Assembly: GCF_934747485.1 (NCBI RefSeq)
Contig: NZ_CAKVGN010000005.1
Coordinates: 1,636-65,635, forward strand
Direction: 5' to 3'
DNA length: 64,000 bases
Source of the DNA: an uncultured Brachyspira sp.
GTDB taxonomy: Bacteria; Spirochaetota; Brachyspiria; Brachyspirales; Brachyspiraceae
Made by a program: the position numbers and the translations under genes. Under the pieces are notes generated by a model. It was not told the origin of the DNA. It saw nothing but the letters and a program-made list of their open reading frames with translations, and searched no databases. Shown one piece after another: positions 1 to 8,211 of this stretch (its first letter is position 1; each line of letters opens with the position of its first letter).

Positions 1-210
1 ATTAATTTATTTTTTTTATCTTGCAGCAGTGTGAGTAATAATGTTTGTGATTTAACGCCTCCTCCATCAATATATATTATAAAAGATGTTAAAACAAAAA
101 AGGATTTATTAAAAAGCTATAAAGATGCCACTATAAAAATTTCCCATTGGCAAAACTGGTACAATATACAAGTGGGAAGCAATTATTTTTATTATAGCAA
201 TTCAAACTAA
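1..210 (+). CDS. Partial (5' truncated) small lipoprotein, possible o-spanin (Rz1-like) of the GTA lysis module
   Basis: Frame 1 is open from 1 to TAA at 208-210: INLFFLSCSSVSNNVCDLTPPPSIY...ISHWQNWYN...; lipobox-like FLSC, Pro run, second Cys. Not in the ORF track because its start lies outside the window. Confidence 0.5.
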   Translation: MNLFFLSCSSVSNNVCDLTPPPSIYIIKDVKTKKDLLKSYKDATIKISHWQNWYNIQVGSNYFYYSNSN

Positions 211-246
211 TTGGGCGGCAGATGAAGATTAAATTTAAAAATAAGA

Positions 247-564
247 TTTGGGTGGGTAGTAAAAATATCAGTATAAAATTAAAAATAAAAATATTATAGA
301 AATTACAGATAGCATAAAAAGTATATAGGGTGGGCAAGTGTAATTAAATTTTAAAACTTTATTTACATACCCCGCCCTTTATTTTTTATAGCATATTTTG
401 AAATTTTAGTTTAAATTATTTTTATTGTTTTTTTAGAAATGTTAACTCCCGCCCAAGCTTTTATTTGTTTTGCATACACTTTCCGCACGGTTAGAAATAT
501 TTTATTTATAATAAAAATTATAATTTTCGTTTTATCAATATTTTTTATTTTGTTTAGCGTGCGG
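247..564. repeat. Family A spaced-anchor intergenic element
   Basis: TTGGGTGGG(248-256), AGGGTGGG(327-334), CCCGCCCT(371-378), CCCGCCCAAG(448-457), CCGCACGGT(483-491), AGCGTGCGG(556-564). 327-378 is nearly the reverse complement of 45686-45737. Confidence 0.85.
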
Positions 565-635
565 TGAATATTTACTTATAATCACTTATATTTTTTATAT
601 ATATTATAAAGTATTAAAAAACGGAGAATAAAAAA

Positions 636-1847
636 ATGCTTGAGAATAATGAAACTCAAAACAATCAAACCGTAATAGAGAAAATAATAGAGAGCTATGA
701 TACAAAATTAAAAGATAAAACTTTAGAGATAGAAAAACTAAATGAAGAGCTAAATAAAATATCTACAAATAATTATTATAATGGAGTTCCAGATTTGCAC
801 TCTAATAGAGGGGATTTTGGTGATGATTTTTCTTTTCCAAGCAAATGGGCTTTAACTTGTAAAAGAATGGAGAACTCTATTTATTTAGAGCCCATACTTC
901 AATTTTATAGGGGTATTTTTAATTCTTTTCATTATGAATTAGAAAAGACAGATGAATATTTTGATAGTGCAAAGGTAAGAAATGCTTATAATTTTATAGA
1001 CAAACAATTTAAAAGAGCTGGAGGGCTTAAGAGTTTAATAGTTAATGCTGCTTATAATTCTTTGGTTTATGGTTTTTGTTTTTTTACTCCGAAATTAGAA
1101 GTTTTGTCTGCAAAAAATTATGGATTTAAGGGCAAGCTTGATGGTTTAAGAGGTTTTAAGTTTTATGATGTTTCTTCTATAAATAGCTTTAATTTTTCAA
1201 AAGAAGATATTGATGAGATTGAATCTATTAGCGTAATAAATAAAAATAATTCTACCGTTACAAATATAAATTTTGATTTGGCAATAGCAGGTTATTCTAC
1301 TTATGGAGATATTACAGGCGATGTAATAGGAAAGCCTTTTTTGTATAGTGCTTATTCGCTTTGGCAGGTGTTGGAATCTATGGACAATAGTTTTAATAGA
1401 AACTTAAAAAATATAGGTGAGCATAGTTTTAATTTTGTGTCAAATTGCGAGCTTAATGATAGTAAGAGAAAAGAGGTTGAGAGGGAGATAAGAAATTTTG
1501 TCAATAATGGTGGCGGAATATTTATTTCAAAATATGGAAAGATAGAGAAGATTGAGAGTATAGATGCTAATGAATGGTATAGCTTTAGAGATAGCATGCT
1601 TTCTACACTTTTTAAAAACAAGGGAGTAGACATTAAAGCATTAGGTTTGAATAAAGGAGCAACGAAAAATTTAGCAGACCTTACTCAAGCAAATGCATTA
1701 CTTATGGCAAGCGATATTGTGGAAGGCATTATTAATAATATAAATGATAGCTTTATGAAGAGATATTTTGATTTGAATTTTAAGAGTTTAAGGCTATTAG
1801 GAGAATGCGATTATTTTAGGATTAGGCATTCAATAGATAAAGATTGA
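636..1847 (+). CDS. hvp45: VSH-1-like GTA head protein Hvp45 (probable portal)
   Basis: 403 aa, GGAG RBS, first gene of a portal-protease-decoration-capsid order; size fits the 45 kDa VSH-1 protein. Name assigned by synteny and size. Confidence 0.7.
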   Translation: MLENNETQNNQTVIEKIIESYDTKLKDKTLEIEKLNEELNKISTNNYYNGVPDLHSNRGDFGDDFSFPSKWALTCKRMENSIYLEPILQFYRGIFNSFHYELEKTDEYFDSAKVRNAYNFIDKQFKRAGGLKSLIVNAAYNSLVYGFCFFTPKLEVLSAKNYGFKGKLDGLRGFKFYDVSSINSFNFSKEDIDEIESISVINKNNSTVTNINFDLAIAGYSTYGDITGDVIGKPFLYSAYSLWQVLESMDNSFNRNLKNIGEHSFNFVSNCELNDSKRKEVEREIRNFVNNGGGIFISKYGKIEKIESIDANEWYSFRDSMLSTLFKNKGVDIKALGLNKGATKNLADLTQANALLMASDIVEGIINNINDSFMKRYFDLNFKSLRLLGECDYFRIRHSIDKD

Positions 1848-1883
1848 TAATTCATAAATCTTTGTATTTTCATAAACATTATT

Positions 1884-1920
1884 AAAGAGATTAGTTTTTT
1901 TGCTTAATCTCTTTTTTATT
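1884..1920 (+). terminator. Intrinsic terminator-like hairpin after hvp45
   Basis: AAAGAGATTA...TAATCTCTTT followed by a T-run. Confidence 0.6.
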
Positions 1921-1944
1921 TTCTTTATTAAAAAATTGAATCAA

Positions 1945-2004
1945 AATTATAAAAATTATAAGAACTATAACAATTATCAAAACTACAAAATTATAAAACT
2001 ATAA
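1945..2004 (+). repeat. Seven copies of AAYTATAA-like motif, period 8-9 nt
   Basis: Units start at 1945, 1954, 1963, 1972, 1981, 1989 and 1997, ending just before the AGGAG RBS of the 2021 gene. Confidence 0.6.
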
Positions 2005-2020
2005 AAAAGGAGAATTCCAT

Positions 2021-2911
2021 ATGCAAGAAAACAAAGTAAAAAAATATAAAATTCTTGGAGATAGTTTTAAACAATATATTGCTGTCTCCAAAAACACTTT
2101 CTCAGAAACTAAAACCAATAAGATTACTGAGAAGAATATAGAGGAGATTATATCTTCATTTGAAAAGAAGAATGTTGAAGTGTTTGTTTATATGGGTCAT
2201 AAAGAGGAGGAAGAGAGAACTGCTATTGGTAAGGTATTGAAGTTAGAAAAAGATAATGAAGCTGTTGGAATATATGCCACTATAGAATGGTTTGATGAAA
2301 CTATCACTGAGAAAAAATCATTTTATCCTTCTATAGAGATGGTTGGAAAAAAAGTTAAAGAAGATGATGAGTTTATTTATTGGGAGAATTGTGAGATTAA
2401 GGCTATTGCTGCTGTTGAATATCCTGCAAGTAAGAGTGTTGATTTATTATGTGCGAGCGGGGTTATTGAAGTTAATGAAGAGTATATAAATAATATAAAA
2501 AACATTTTAAATAAGCTTAATGATGAGGCAACAAGAGAAAAAGCAAAAGAAGAGTTTTTGAATATATTTAGAAATGATGAAGTATTTCAAAACATGATAA
2601 TAGATTTACTTTTAGAGAAGTTTAAGATTGCTGAAAAGAGTTTCTCAAAATCAAATTTATCTGCTATCACTTATGGAGATTGGTGTAATGAATATGCAGA
2701 AAGTCAGAATGCAGTAAGATGCTCTTCAAAGTCTGAGAGTGATACTTATGTGAAGGCTAAAAAACTTTTCAAGGCTGGTTTAAGCAAAGAAGAAATAATG
2801 TCTATAGTAAGAGATGATTTAGTACCTATAGGAGTAGGAGGTTATGAGAGAGTTAGTTTATCAGCTATGGGTAAAAACAAGTATGAAGAGATTTCAAGGA
2901 TGTTTAAATAA
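2021..2911 (+). CDS. hvp19: VSH-1-like head protein (Hvp19 precursor); probable prohead protease-scaffold
   Basis: N-terminal motifs GH..AIGKV..GIYATIEW..YPSIE..AIAAVEYPA resemble Mu-like prohead proteases; helical C-terminal half; lies between the portal and capsid genes. Confidence 0.65.
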   Translation: MQENKVKKYKILGDSFKQYIAVSKNTFSETKTNKITEKNIEEIISSFEKKNVEVFVYMGHKEEEERTAIGKVLKLEKDNEAVGIYATIEWFDETITEKKSFYPSIEMVGKKVKEDDEFIYWENCEIKAIAAVEYPASKSVDLLCASGVIEVNEEYINNIKNILNKLNDEATREKAKEEFLNIFRNDEVFQNMIIDLLLEKFKIAEKSFSKSNLSAITYGDWCNEYAESQNAVRCSSKSESDTYVKAKKLFKAGLSKEEIMSIVRDDLVPIGVGGYERVSLSAMGKNKYEEISRMFK

Positions 2912-2958
2912 TTAAATAGATTTTTCTCAAAACTAGTTGACAGAATTATTTGCATAAT

Positions 2959-3032
2959 TTTAGCAATAAAATTGTAGTCTTTTTGGTTCTTTGGGTCACC
3001 AAAAGAACTGGGGTCTGGGGCAAAGCCCCAGT
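2959..3032 (+). repeat. Family B element, right half, empty allele
   Basis: GTCTTTTTGGTTCTTTGGGTCACCAAAAGAACTGGGGTCTGGGGCAAAGCCCCAG; homologous to 5142-5234, 17980-18050 (rev) and 50870-50933. Confidence 0.85.
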
Positions 3033-3137
3033 TATAAATAGAAAATACCAGAATAAAAAATAGTGTAAATATTTATTAATTTGATTTTGAAATAAGTCTA
3101 ATAATTACTAAAAAAATAAATAATATTAGGAGTTGCT

Positions 3138-3500
3138 ATGATAATAAAATCTGGCATAGGTAATGATGAAGATAAATTACCAAAGAGAGGATTCCCTGTA
3201 TCCATTAAAAATAAAGATGGAAGAGGAGTTTATGCCTTGTATGAAGAAGGCTTTACCTTTGTTGGGGTTGCCTTAGAAGATGCATATAATTATGTGGATT
3301 TCGGACTTAAGTCTAATTGCATATCTGTGTGTTACACTGGGAATGTTAATTGCGTTGCGGCAGAGAGTTTAGTTGCAGGTGATATAGTTGTGCCTTCTGT
3401 TGATGGATTTAAAAAGTCATTAGACGGCAATGGGGTTGGCGTAGTTATTCGCGGAGGCAATGCCAATTCTCATATAGAAATACTTTTAAAAACTATTTAA
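3138..3500 (+). CDS. hvp13: VSH-1-like head protein Hvp13; probable capsid decoration/cement (DUF2190-like)
   Basis: 120 aa Gly/Val-rich with FVGVALEDA..G.V..AAESLVAGD.V..VGVV pattern; AGGAG RBS; directly upstream of the major capsid gene. Confidence 0.65.
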   Translation: MIIKSGIGNDEDKLPKRGFPVSIKNKDGRGVYALYEEGFTFVGVALEDAYNYVDFGLKSNCISVCYTGNVNCVAAESLVAGDIVVPSVDGFKKSLDGNGVGVVIRGGNANSHIEILLKTI

Positions 3501-3522
3501 TAATTTATTATAAGGAGTAATA

Positions 3523-4572
3523 ATGAGCGTACCAAATTTTCAAAGTATACAAAATAAACTTTTTCCTATAATCAATCAAGAGCTTCCAAAATATATGGGG
3601 CAAACAAACTTTGTAAGTAAATATATACCAGAGATTTTTGTAGGAGTTTCTCAGGGTGCTATAGGAGGAGATTTAGACAACACTGCTTTTAATCTAAAGA
3701 ACATGTACGGCGGAACTTCTTTGGGCGGGCTTAATATATTTAATGATTATCCAAGACATGAATCAAGAGTTTTTAAGATGGAGCCTGAAGAATATTATAT
3801 CGGCATAGACATAAACAGAATAGAAGAGATTAATGAACTTTATTCTAAAGATGAGAAAAAAGCAGGAGAAGAGATATTAAATTATATAGCACAAAAGTTA
3901 GTATCTAGGCTTGGGCTTTTGAGAGAGAGAAATTTAGCAGCAAAAGTAACAGATGCTTCTTTGTATGGAAGTTCTAATACAGTAGATTTAAGTGCTAAGG
4001 CCATAAGCTCTTGGACAGAAACTGATATTGATAATTTCTTTAGTTCTTTTATAGATTTGGCAAAATATTTAAATTATGCTGTAGGCGGCAATTTGTTTAA
4101 TGACCAGATGGAAGTGCAAAACAATGGGCAGAAACTTTATATAGTGATACCTATAGATGTTTATGTGAAGCTTCAGGGATTATTTAGATTATTTTCTAAT
4201 TACGTATCTATGATAGGTAATTCTAATGACGGCAAATATAAAGCATTTAAGCCAGATATATTTAATGCTGTAACAAGCGGTATAACAGTTGTAGGTACTG
4301 CTTTTAGAGTTGCTGATGACCATGAAGTTGAACAGAAGTATCAATTAGAAAACCTTACAGATATATGGACAGGCTCTTCTATTTATATGTTTACCACTTC
4401 ATCTAATATTTTGGATATGGCTTCTATAAAAGAGGTTGTATATTTAAATCATGATATAAGAGAAGTTGATATATTGGGCAACAATTTATGGAGAAGCAGA
4501 ACAAAAAGATGCACAGTAGCTTCTAACCCTTATGGCTTCTGTAAGATAGATTTGAAATTAGCAGATGCTTAA
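3523..4572 (+). CDS. hvp38: VSH-1-like major capsid protein Hvp38
   Basis: 349 aa (approx. 38-39 kDa), strong AAGGAG RBS, followed by a terminator; position typical of a major capsid gene. Confidence 0.75.
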   Translation: MSVPNFQSIQNKLFPIINQELPKYMGQTNFVSKYIPEIFVGVSQGAIGGDLDNTAFNLKNMYGGTSLGGLNIFNDYPRHESRVFKMEPEEYYIGIDINRIEEINELYSKDEKKAGEEILNYIAQKLVSRLGLLRERNLAAKVTDASLYGSSNTVDLSAKAISSWTETDIDNFFSSFIDLAKYLNYAVGGNLFNDQMEVQNNGQKLYIVIPIDVYVKLQGLFRLFSNYVSMIGNSNDGKYKAFKPDIFNAVTSGITVVGTAFRVADDHEVEQKYQLENLTDIWTGSSIYMFTTSSNILDMASIKEVVYLNHDIREVDILGNNLWRSRTKRCTVASNPYGFCKIDLKLADA

Positions 4573-4617
4573 TTTAATGATGTTTTAAAAGTTCTTTATT
4601 AAATATTTATTTTTATT

Positions 4618-4654
4618 CAAGAGAGGAAAATTATTTTTCTTCTCTTGTTTTTTT
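4618..4654 (+). terminator. Intrinsic terminator after the major capsid gene
   Basis: CAAGAGAGGAAAA-TTAT-TTTTCTTCTCTTG then a T-run. Confidence 0.75.
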
Positions 4655-4679
4655 ATATATATGTTTTTTGGGAGAGATA

Positions 4680-4979
4680 ATGAATAATAAAAAGTCTTTA
4701 CTTCATTTTGTAGATGCTAGTATAGTTCATAAAGATATTAAGGCTAATGATTATGTTGTTTCTAAGGTGGGATATTTTTTTAGAGATGTTCATGAGAGAA
4801 GGTGCAAGGTTTTAATAGAAAGTGATTTAAATATTTCTCTTACAGATTCTTTTGTAATAATAAGCAAAGAAGAGGCAGAGGAGCTTGTACGTGAGAAGAT
4901 GAAGCCTAATGATGTGATAAATTATTTGAAAGAGGAAAATAGAAGTTTAAAAGAAAAGATAAAGTCGCTTGAAGCTTAG
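4680..4979 (+). CDS. GTA-associated small protein (VSH-1 OrfB-like by position)
   Basis: ATG 4680 with GGAG RBS at 4671; 99 aa with C-terminal coiled coil. Confidence 0.55.
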   Translation: MNNKKSLLHFVDASIVHKDIKANDYVVSKVGYFFRDVHERRCKVLIESDLNISLTDSFVIISKEEAEELVREKMKPNDVINYLKEENRSLKEKIKSLEA

Positions 4980-5032
4980 TATATATTGAAAAGATTGTGT
5001 TTTGTTAATTTTTATATTTTATAAAAGTGTTA

Positions 5033-5234
5033 TCAACTTTTTCCCGCCGCAAAAAGTTTTCGCCCTTCGGGCACGCTTTGCGAAAGTGCAAATATTTTAG
5101 TTCTATATTTAGGAATATGTATTAAATAATATCTTTATTTTAGCTAAAAATGCAGTCTTTTTGCTTCTTTGGGTCACCAAAAGAAGTGGGGGTGCCACCC
5201 TACGGGTACGCTTTGCAGGGGGGCTAGTCCCCGC
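5033..5234 (+). mobile_element. Family B element, full length, two M1 modules inserted
   Basis: Left half CAACTTTTTCCCGCCGCAAAAAG..AAAGTGCAA, AT spacer, right half TGCAGTCTTTTTGCTTCTTT..GGGGCTAGTCCCC; extra modules at 5061-5082 and 5195-5216. Confidence 0.8.
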
Positions 5235-5314
5235 GAACAATTAAAGTAAAAAATAATTTTTGATAAAATGTAAAATTTTCAGTATATAAAATAGTAACAA
5301 AAGGAAAAATATAA

Positions 5315-5692
5315 ATGTATATATATGAACCAGATTTAAATTATTTTAAAAGCATATTTACAATGTTTGACTATGATAATATGGATTTAGATTTTATTGA
5401 AAGCCAATTAAAAAACTATACTCTACAATTTAGAAAGACAATTCTTAATATGAACTATACAGAACCTACTGAAGAAAATAAGCTTCCATATATAGCTATA
5501 AAAAATTATGTATGCTATGAAGTGGCAAGGCTTCTCACTGTTAATTTTGTATCAAACAGTGATTTAATAAACTTTATAAGAAATGAAAGTTTGAGGCTAA
5601 AAGAACTTGCTATAAAAGATTTGTCAGCATTTATTTCTGGCGATTTATCTTATGAGAGTGTGAGGCTTGATGGGGACATAAAAAAGCCTTAA
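5315..5692 (+). CDS. GTA-associated protein (OrfC-like; possible head-tail adaptor)
   Basis: 125 aa helical protein between the capsid and tail genes; function inferred from position only. Confidence 0.5.
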   Translation: MYIYEPDLNYFKSIFTMFDYDNMDLDFIESQLKNYTLQFRKTILNMNYTEPTEENKLPYIAIKNYVCYEVARLLTVNFVSNSDLINFIRNESLRLKELAIKDLSAFISGDLSYESVRLDGDIKKP

Positions 5693-5736
5693 TTATTTTT
5701 TTATTTTTAAAAATTTTTAAATAGGGTTTTATATAT

Positions 5737-6300
5737 ATGATACATTTCAAAAATAGCATTTTATATGTTTTAGATAATTTTATGAACTTTATGGCAGATG
5801 ATTATATAAATTTTGCTGGAAATAAAGTTAAAGGTGATGGGGAGCTTAATAAACTTTTAGATGACAAATTAAAAATTGACTGTTTTAGTTTGGGCAATAT
5901 TAAGTCTATGAGCAAATCTTTTTTATGGGCTACTATATCTGAAGGTGAGAGCAAAGGTGGAAGTTCATATATAGGAGATAGTGCAGGTTTTACTGATGAT
6001 ATATGTTTAAAGGCAGAAGTTTATAAAGAGCTTAAGGCTGGAGAATCTTTTTTAGCATACACAATGATACCTATTGCTTTGAATCAGGCTTCACGTTATT
6101 GGGTATCAAAATTAAATGATGAAGGCGAGAGAATTGCATTATCTCCTATTATTAAATGGGATTCTCCTACTTTTGATGTGGAAAATAGTAAAAGACAGTT
6201 TAATGATTTCTCATCTATTAGGGGAGTAAGTTTTTCTCTTTATATAAATTTTAAAATAATGACTGGGAGTTATGAAGATGAAGTTTTTCATAAATATTGA
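5737..6300 (+). CDS. GTA structural protein (possibly Hvp24; neck/tail-completion by position)
   Basis: 187 aa, co-oriented within the virion cluster upstream of the tail gene. Confidence 0.5.
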   Translation: MIHFKNSILYVLDNFMNFMADDYINFAGNKVKGDGELNKLLDDKLKIDCFSLGNIKSMSKSFLWATISEGESKGGSSYIGDSAGFTDDICLKAEVYKELKAGESFLAYTMIPIALNQASRYWVSKLNDEGERIALSPIIKWDSPTFDVENSKRQFNDFSSIRGVSFSLYINFKIMTGSYEDEVFHKY

Positions 6301-6547
6301 AAGAGTTAATCAAAAGGTAAAAGATTATTTAAGTTTAAGGGGCAATGTTTATAAAGTAAAGGTTGTTTCTACTCCTTCAAATGCTGTTATAAGGATAGAT
6401 GGAGAAGATAAATATTTTGATGCATATAAAACAGGTGACACTATCCAATATGAGGTGAGTTTAGAAGGCTATAACACCAAGCAAGGCACTATAACAGTTG
6501 AGGACAGAGATATATTAGAAACTTTTGTGCTTGAGGCAACTGCATAA
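6278..6547 (+). CDS. Small PEGA/Ig-like domain protein of the GTA cluster
   Basis: VVSTPSNAVIRIDG..Y.VSLEGY....TITV matches the PEGA-type pattern; GGGAG at 6265-6269 is 8 nt before ATG 6278. Confidence 0.6.
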   Translation: MKFFINIERVNQKVKDYLSLRGNVYKVKVVSTPSNAVIRIDGEDKYFDAYKTGDTIQYEVSLEGYNTKQGTITVEDRDILETFVLEATA

Positions 6548-6583
6548 AAAAAATTTTAACTAAAATTATAAAAGGTTCATTAT

Positions 6584-7954
6584 ATGAGTATATTTGATAT
6601 AAAAGGAAATTTAATGAAAGATGAAGAGGGGTTAAATATTATAAACGGCTCTTCATATAAAGTGAGAATTGCTAAGACAAGTAATAGAGATGAGAGAGTA
6701 GATTTTACAAGCGATGATGTTAAAGGAAAATATTTAATTTATCCTTCTTCTGTTGGACTTACCCCTGCTACAGAGAGCTTAACAAAAGATTATATAGGCT
6801 CTCCTTCATCAGAATCATATTTAGGAGCTACAACTTATGCGGGAGATATTTCTTTTGGGGCTTTTGTAAACTCTAATGCTTATTATATGAGTTTGATATG
6901 GGCTAATGTGGATACAAAAGAAAGTACAGGAAACATTATTTGCATTAATTGTTTTAGTGATTTTTCTGTTAAGATTCATAAAAATGAAAATACTATCACT
7001 ATGCTTGAGATTATTAGAGAAGATGAAAATGGTTTTTATAGTGATTTTATTGATATATATGATTCTATGACTCAGCAGGAATTAATTGATGCTATAAACA
7101 AGATAAAAAATATAAAGGCATTTTTAATTACAGGTGATAAAAATGACAAAATAGATTTTAGTAATTTTTTAAAAGAGTTTGAAGAAAATAATTATTTAAT
7201 TAGCTTTAAGAGAGTTGGATTTATAGAGAGCGGAGTATTTAGCGAAGAGGCAAAAAAACTATATCCAAGATTTGTAAATATAATTTCGCCAAGATTTGGA
7301 GAGACTCAGTATTATAACTTAGCATTATCTGACTCATCAAAAAATATTGAAGGCATTCAGTATATAGGCTGTGAAAGCAAATCAATGAGTTTTAATTTTG
7401 CTAATAAAGCATTAACACAAATAACTTCTTCATTATGGGCATCAGGTGAACACACTTTAGATAAAGACAGTATTCTAAAAGAAGAGAGAGCAGAAGAGAG
7501 AGATGTTGTAATGGCTCAAACTTCAAAATATCCAACAAAACTTTTTATTAACGGCACAGAGGCTACTTCTGTTTCTGATATTGCTATTGCTTTTGAATGT
7601 ACTAAAGAAGAGAAATTTAATGTATCAGCAAAGAGATATAATTTCCCAAACAACAAATTTACTTTAACTTTTTCTGGCAATGCAGTTTTTAATACTCAGT
7701 CAAAAGAGCTTTTTTATAATCGTATTTTAAATGGTGATAGGCAGTCATTTGTAATATACAGCAAAACAAAATTTAGAGGCAAAGATTATCCATTTATATT
7801 TGTGAGTGCAGATGTTTCTGGAATTCCTTCCTTTCCTACTATTGAGTCTAAAGATATTTCTGTTTCATTAAACAATTTTAAAGCTTCAGAAGATTCTATT
7901 GAAATGAAAAATAACTATTTAATAGCATTCACAGATAGAGTTGAATTATTTTAA
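6584..7954 (+). CDS. hvp53: VSH-1-like tail protein Hvp53 (probable major tail/tube protein)
   Basis: 456 aa (approx. 52 kDa), beta-rich; last co-oriented virion gene before the sugar island. Confidence 0.65.
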   Translation: MSIFDIKGNLMKDEEGLNIINGSSYKVRIAKTSNRDERVDFTSDDVKGKYLIYPSSVGLTPATESLTKDYIGSPSSESYLGATTYAGDISFGAFVNSNAYYMSLIWANVDTKESTGNIICINCFSDFSVKIHKNENTITMLEIIREDENGFYSDFIDIYDSMTQQELIDAINKIKNIKAFLITGDKNDKIDFSNFLKEFEENNYLISFKRVGFIESGVFSEEAKKLYPRFVNIISPRFGETQYYNLALSDSSKNIEGIQYIGCESKSMSFNFANKALTQITSSLWASGEHTLDKDSILKEERAEERDVVMAQTSKYPTKLFINGTEATSVSDIAIAFECTKEEKFNVSAKRYNFPNNKFTLTFSGNAVFNTQSKELFYNRILNGDRQSFVIYSKTKFRGKDYPFIFVSADVSGIPSFPTIESKDISVSLNNFKASEDSIEMKNNYLIAFTDRVELF

Positions 7955-8129
7955 TATATATTTTATTTTTAAATATATTAAATAATTTTTTATAATTATA
8001 ATAAATATCTAATAAATAAAATTGTTATAATATTAATTTGTTATTAGGTTTTAATTATATTTTTTATAATAAAATAATTTAAATATCTATTATTTTTATA
8101 TTTTAATATAAAAACATATTTATATATTA

Positions 8130-8157
8130 TTGACTAAAAAAAAGTTTTGTTTATACT
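8130..8157 (+). promoter_or_regulatory. Sigma70-like promoter of the ROK gene
   Basis: TTGACT-16 nt-TATACT. Confidence 0.5.
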
Positions 8158-8211
8158 TACTATCAATTAATAATAAATTAGTTGATAATAAGTAAGAAGG
8201 TAATAAATAGA

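Noticed and set aside
131..337. 68-aa minus-strand ORF (also 53130-53312)
   Set aside because: Runs through repeat elements and AT-rich spacer; likely spurious.
6272..6300. Frameshift fusion of the PEGA ORF to the upstream GTA gene
   Set aside because: The downstream ORF is in the +1 frame and has its own well-spaced GGGAG RBS before ATG 6278; translational coupling suffices.
636..7954. Intact temperate prophage
   Set aside because: No integrase, att repeats, repressor, replication or terminase genes seen; host repeats lie between the genes; better explained as a GTA cluster.
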